Notes under the pieces: generated by a model
What the model was told of the DNA's origin: nothing
Databases searched by the model: none
The model's input: only the letters and a program-made list of their open reading frames with translations
Shown: piece after piece, positions 60,663 through 64,000 of the stretch
Layout: each line of letters opens with the position of its first letter
How positions within the stretch are numbered: the first letter of the stretch is position 1
DNA from: Candidatus Poribacteria bacterium
GTDB taxonomy: Bacteria > Poribacteria > WGA-4E > WGA-3G
Assembly: GCA_965242965.1 (NCBI GenBank)
Contig: OZ251518.1
Location: forward strand, 3,680,001 to 3,744,000
Length of the DNA stretch: 64,000 bases
Direction: 5' to 3'
Translations under genes and position numbers: made by a program

Positions 60663-61322
60663 TGAGGGTGTTTCATATATCAATGCCTTCCCGGTAGGAG
60701 AGCCCTCCTGGTCTTGATGTTCCCGTAGCGCGGGGGCCTGTCCCCCGCGTTGTCCAGCGTCAAGCGGTGGCGTTTTAGGTCCTTTAGGACCTTAATGTCT
60801 ATAGAAAAACGTGTCGGCCCATTTTCAAGGTCCTTTAGGTCCTTAATAAAAAACACGCGGCCCTGTCAAAACCTATTAAGGACCTAAAGGACCTTAGCAT
60901 TCTTCGCGGGTGCGCGTGCTATAGACATTAAGGTCCTACGGACCTAAGAGACGTTTTTTCATCGTAGCGCGGACGATGGCGAGGGACAGGCCCTCGCCCT
61001 ACGGTGAAAGGGAGGGCTTTCCTCTTACCGTAGCGCGGGGGCCTGTCCCCCGCGAGCGTTGGATTGCGCGAGCGATGGCGAGGGACAGGCCCTCGCCCTA
61101 CGATGAAGGGGGGCTTTCTGCCGCCGCTGCCCCGGGGGTGCCGCCCTATTGCATCGAGACCAGGAGGTCTCTCCTACGGGAACATCGCTTGCATCGAGAT
61201 CTGGATGGCGCGCCGACAGGAAAAAATTGAGACCGGGAGGGCTCTCCTATCCAAGAGGGCGCGGGAGTCGCCCGCTCCCCAAAGGGGAATAAATACCGAA
61301 ACGGATTTATGAAACACCCTCA
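60663..61322. mobile_element. MITE-like unit with TGAGGGTGTTTCATA terminal inverted repeats carrying REP cargo
   Basis: TIRs at 60663 and 61307-61322; subterminal ATAAATACCGAAACGGA shared with the 38346-38646 element. Confidence 0.55.
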
Positions 61323-61446
61323 TCTTACGTAGTGCGAGGGCCTGTCCCTCGCTCTGTTCACCGATAACGCTAACCCATTCCGTTGCGTTCGTGACGTAGT
61401 GCGAGGGCCTGTCCCTCGCCTTTAAATAAAAATGAGGGAAACGCTG

Positions 61447-62079
61447 ATGGCATTTAGTGATTTCAAAACCGCGGCTGAAGTCCAAGAGAAATTCGGGATT
61501 GCTTCCGTTGAAGAAAACTTCATAGAGAGTGAAAGGGAAGAACCGCCGGCGCATTTCCTGCGAGACTTTGAGTTTGCGCAGCAGCATATTGATGTTCTGG
61601 CATCGGAGTCGGCGCGGTGTCATGCGCTCATCTATCCGATTTTATGGGAGTGCTATAAGGCGTACGCCGAGGACTACGCGCTCTGGATTGGCAAATCCAT
61701 CACCTACAATGAGACATTGACAGGCACGCCGGATTACTTCGTCTCCACAAAGTCGCCGTTAGGTAAAAACGTCGTTGGAAGTCCCTTAATCATGATGGTT
61801 GCGGCGAAGCGGAACGATTTTGACCAGGGATGGGGACAATGTCTTGCGGAGATGGTGGCCGCGCAGAAAATCAATGGCGATGTGGTTTGCCCGGTGTATG
61901 GCATTGTTAGCGATGGGCAATCGTGGGAATTTGGTCGGCTTGTCGGTGAGACTTTCATCTGGAGACGTAGCCGTATTAACACGGATGATTTGCCGGGAGT
62001 CTTTGGGGCAGTTAAGGCGGTTTTCAGGCACGCGAAGCAGCATACTGGGCCTTGCAACTTAAACGAGCGTGTTTCCTAA
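61447..62079 (+). CDS. Hypothetical protein, restriction-endonuclease-like fold (HsdR_N-like)
   Basis: G.PDY, AK..DF..GWGQCLAEMVAAQ, YGIVSDG..W.F motifs. Confidence 0.6.
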   Translation: MAFSDFKTAAEVQEKFGIASVEENFIESEREEPPAHFLRDFEFAQQHIDVLASESARCHALIYPILWECYKAYAEDYALWIGKSITYNETLTGTPDYFVSTKSPLGKNVVGSPLIMMVAAKRNDFDQGWGQCLAEMVAAQKINGDVVCPVYGIVSDGQSWEFGRLVGETFIWRRSRINTDDLPGVFGAVKAVFRHAKQHTGPCNLNERVS

Positions 62080-62592
62080 ATCGCTCAACGTCGCGGTGAC
62101 AGTCTCGATGCGAGCGGTGTCCCCGTAGGAGAGCCCTCCCGGTCTCGATGCACATTCTGTAGTTCGGGCTCGCCTGCTCCCGACCGGGTCAGATCAGGCA
62201 GCGAGGGCCTGTCCCTCGCCCTCCGTGAAGGGGCGGCATTTTTTCACCGTAGCGCGGGGGCCCTCGGATGCCACACGCGCATCCGAGCGGGTTTCCCTCG
62301 CGAACGTTCGGGGTGCCGAGACATGGCGAGGGACAGGCCCTCGCCCTACGGTGAGGGGGGGCGTTTTGTGAAGAAGATGTCCCGTTACCGTAGTGCGGGG
62401 CCCCTCGGATGCCATCCGCGCATGCGAGCGGGTTTCCCTCGCAATCGTTCGGGGTGCCGAGACATGGCGAGGGACAGGCCCTCGCCCTACGGTAATCGAG
62501 ACCAGGAGGTCTCTCCTACCAGAGCTAATCGAGACTGGGAGGTCTCTCCTACCGGGAAGACATCGAGATATGAAACACCCTCAATAAAAAAC

Positions 62593-62621
62593 TTGACAAA
62601 TAGTCAAAAAATAGATAACAT
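62593..62621 (+). promoter_or_regulatory. Putative sigma70 promoter
   Basis: TTGACA-17nt-TAACAT. Confidence 0.5.
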
Positions 62622-62673
62622 AATGCATAAACGTGGAATCTTGCTAAAAATGTTTTAAATGGAGGTAGGTATC

Positions 62674-63456
62674 ATGAAATCGCGTCGTATATCTTTGGCA
62701 TTGACGCTCTCGCTAGTGGCGCACGTGTGCATCGCGGTAGCCGTGGCGTATGTTGCGCTCACTGCCCAAAATCAGACACCGAGAGATACCATTGATGTCA
62801 GTTTTTTCATCCTCACGCCGCCGAAGGCGCAACCACGGGATTTGATAACGCCCGAGCTGCTCGTCGCGCCGGCACCGAATCCGGATTGGCAAGTCGTCCA
62901 GCAAACTGAGCCGACGACACGCCGTGCGGCTATTGCGAGACAGACGACAACGCCGATGAACACCGCACTGCCCGCTGCAGCCAGACCGGATGCACCGAAG
63001 CGGGGACAGGTGAACGTTTCTAGCACGCCTTCCGTTCGCACGGATATTGCGCCGCCGCTCACAACGGCGGCAGACCTGGCGATAGAATCGGAATCGCCGC
63101 TCGCCGCAGGTTTGCGTAGCGGGAATGCTCTCACCGCAGGGCTCAGTAACGGCGATGGCGATGGCGATGGTGAAAATGCTGGCACTGGACGCGGTGCCTT
63201 CGGCTCCGCAGGGGCAATGACTCAAGAACGCGGGAGAGGTTATGCCGGCCTAGACACCCTCGTCGGTGGTGCAGGCGTTGCGAATATGAACGCCGCTCTG
63301 GCAGACGTTACGGAGAACATTGTGCTTGGCAACAATGTGCCTCCCCTCCCGAAAGGCTCACCGGGTGCTATCATCCAAGGCCGCGGCAAGGAGATACTGG
63401 GTAGGCTCAACCTTGTCCGCTTGGATGATCCGTTGCATCCGAACCTTGATATATGA
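62674..63456 (+). CDS. TonB-like membrane-anchored Pro/Gly-rich protein; N-terminal part of a probable readthrough fusion
   Basis: GGAGGT SD; SLVAH TM anchor; ends in TGA, after which the same frame stays open. Confidence 0.7.
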   Translation: MKSRRISLALTLSLVAHVCIAVAVAYVALTAQNQTPRDTIDVSFFILTPPKAQPRDLITPELLVAPAPNPDWQVVQQTEPTTRRAAIARQTTTPMNTALPAAARPDAPKRGQVNVSSTPSVRTDIAPPLTTAADLAIESESPLAAGLRSGNALTAGLSNGDGDGDGENAGTGRGAFGSAGAMTQERGRGYAGLDTLVGGAGVANMNAALADVTENIVLGNNVPPLPKGSPGAIIQGRGKEILGRLNLVRLDDPLHPNLDI

Positions 63457-64000
63457 GGCAGCGGCATCGGACATCTCCGATTTGGGGCAGGTCTGCCCTA
63501 TTTAGTCAAGGCGTTGAACACGCAAACTGGTGTTCTCACTCAACTTGTTGACGCAGTTCAAATTACCGATGCGGCGTTCTTTGAATCGCCGATTATCTTC
63601 ATGGAGCCCGTCTCTAGTTCGGTCCTTCAGAGCAACACGCTTGGGCTCAGCGATGCTATCTGGGATACGCAGAGTTCGCGCGCTACGAAAGGCTACACTG
63701 ACCGGGAGGCGCAGCGCATCCGTGAATACGTTATCAACCGTGGTGGGTTTATCTATATGCCGACACACGGCAATACCGAGGAGGCGATGCGTCCGGCGCG
63801 GCGCGTCTTACGGCAAATTCTGCCGGAATATCACCTCTCCGTTATTCCCCGAGACCACGCGCTCTACAAGAGTTTTTATGAGTTGAACGGGCCGCTCCGT
63901 TTTCCTGTGCGGAAGATCGGACGCACCATTCTCCATCATGGGCCGTATAGCCAATTGCAAGGCGTTTTCATTGATGGACGACTAGCGGTTCTCGTGGATA
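63457..64000 (+). CDS. DUF4159-like domain in frame after the TGA (runs off the window)
   Basis: Manual translation: ESPIIFM...RIREYVINRGGFIY...LRQILPE...IPRDHALYKSFYEL...LQGVFIDGRLAVL. Confidence 0.65.

Noticed and set aside
1-64000. rRNA, tRNA, prophage or intact transposase genes
   Set aside because: None recognised; a short ncRNA could be missed without covariance-model search

Overview
A 64-kb GC-rich bacterial chromosomal window. The gene content points to Candidatus Poribacteria (inference from lamin-tail/Fn3/cadherin/LRR surface proteins, TolB-like and LamG proteins and a shared C-terminal LTTxWGxLK-like motif). Housekeeping genes (leuC/D, rnj, leuS, nfo, obgE, proB/A, lgt, livF/G) are interspersed with toxin-antitoxin pairs, small coiled-coil/TM genes and very dense intergenic GTAG-type REP palindromes. 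Most notable observations: (1) both giant LTD surface-protein genes have their SD-preceded ATG one base out of frame, with the same A-C(n)-TTCAC..GACA tract in the shift window, suggesting phase variation or programmed -1 recoding, with homopolymer assembly error as the null; (2) an in-frame TGA followed by an fdhF-like SECIS hairpin joins a TonB-like N-terminus to a DUF4159-like domain (candidate selenoprotein or readthrough); (3) a helicase-less DUF499 ATPase + DUF1156 methyltransferase + GIY-YIG nuclease defence locus; (4) a candidate C-terminal sorting motif on four secreted proteins; (5) REP elements inserted in-frame in proteins and supplying stop codons; (6) a 470-bp ORF-less IS200/IS605-like element with an internal promoter and a structured omega-RNA-like body. 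No rRNA, tRNA or CRISPR array was seen. All domain calls are by-eye motif recognition, not database searches.
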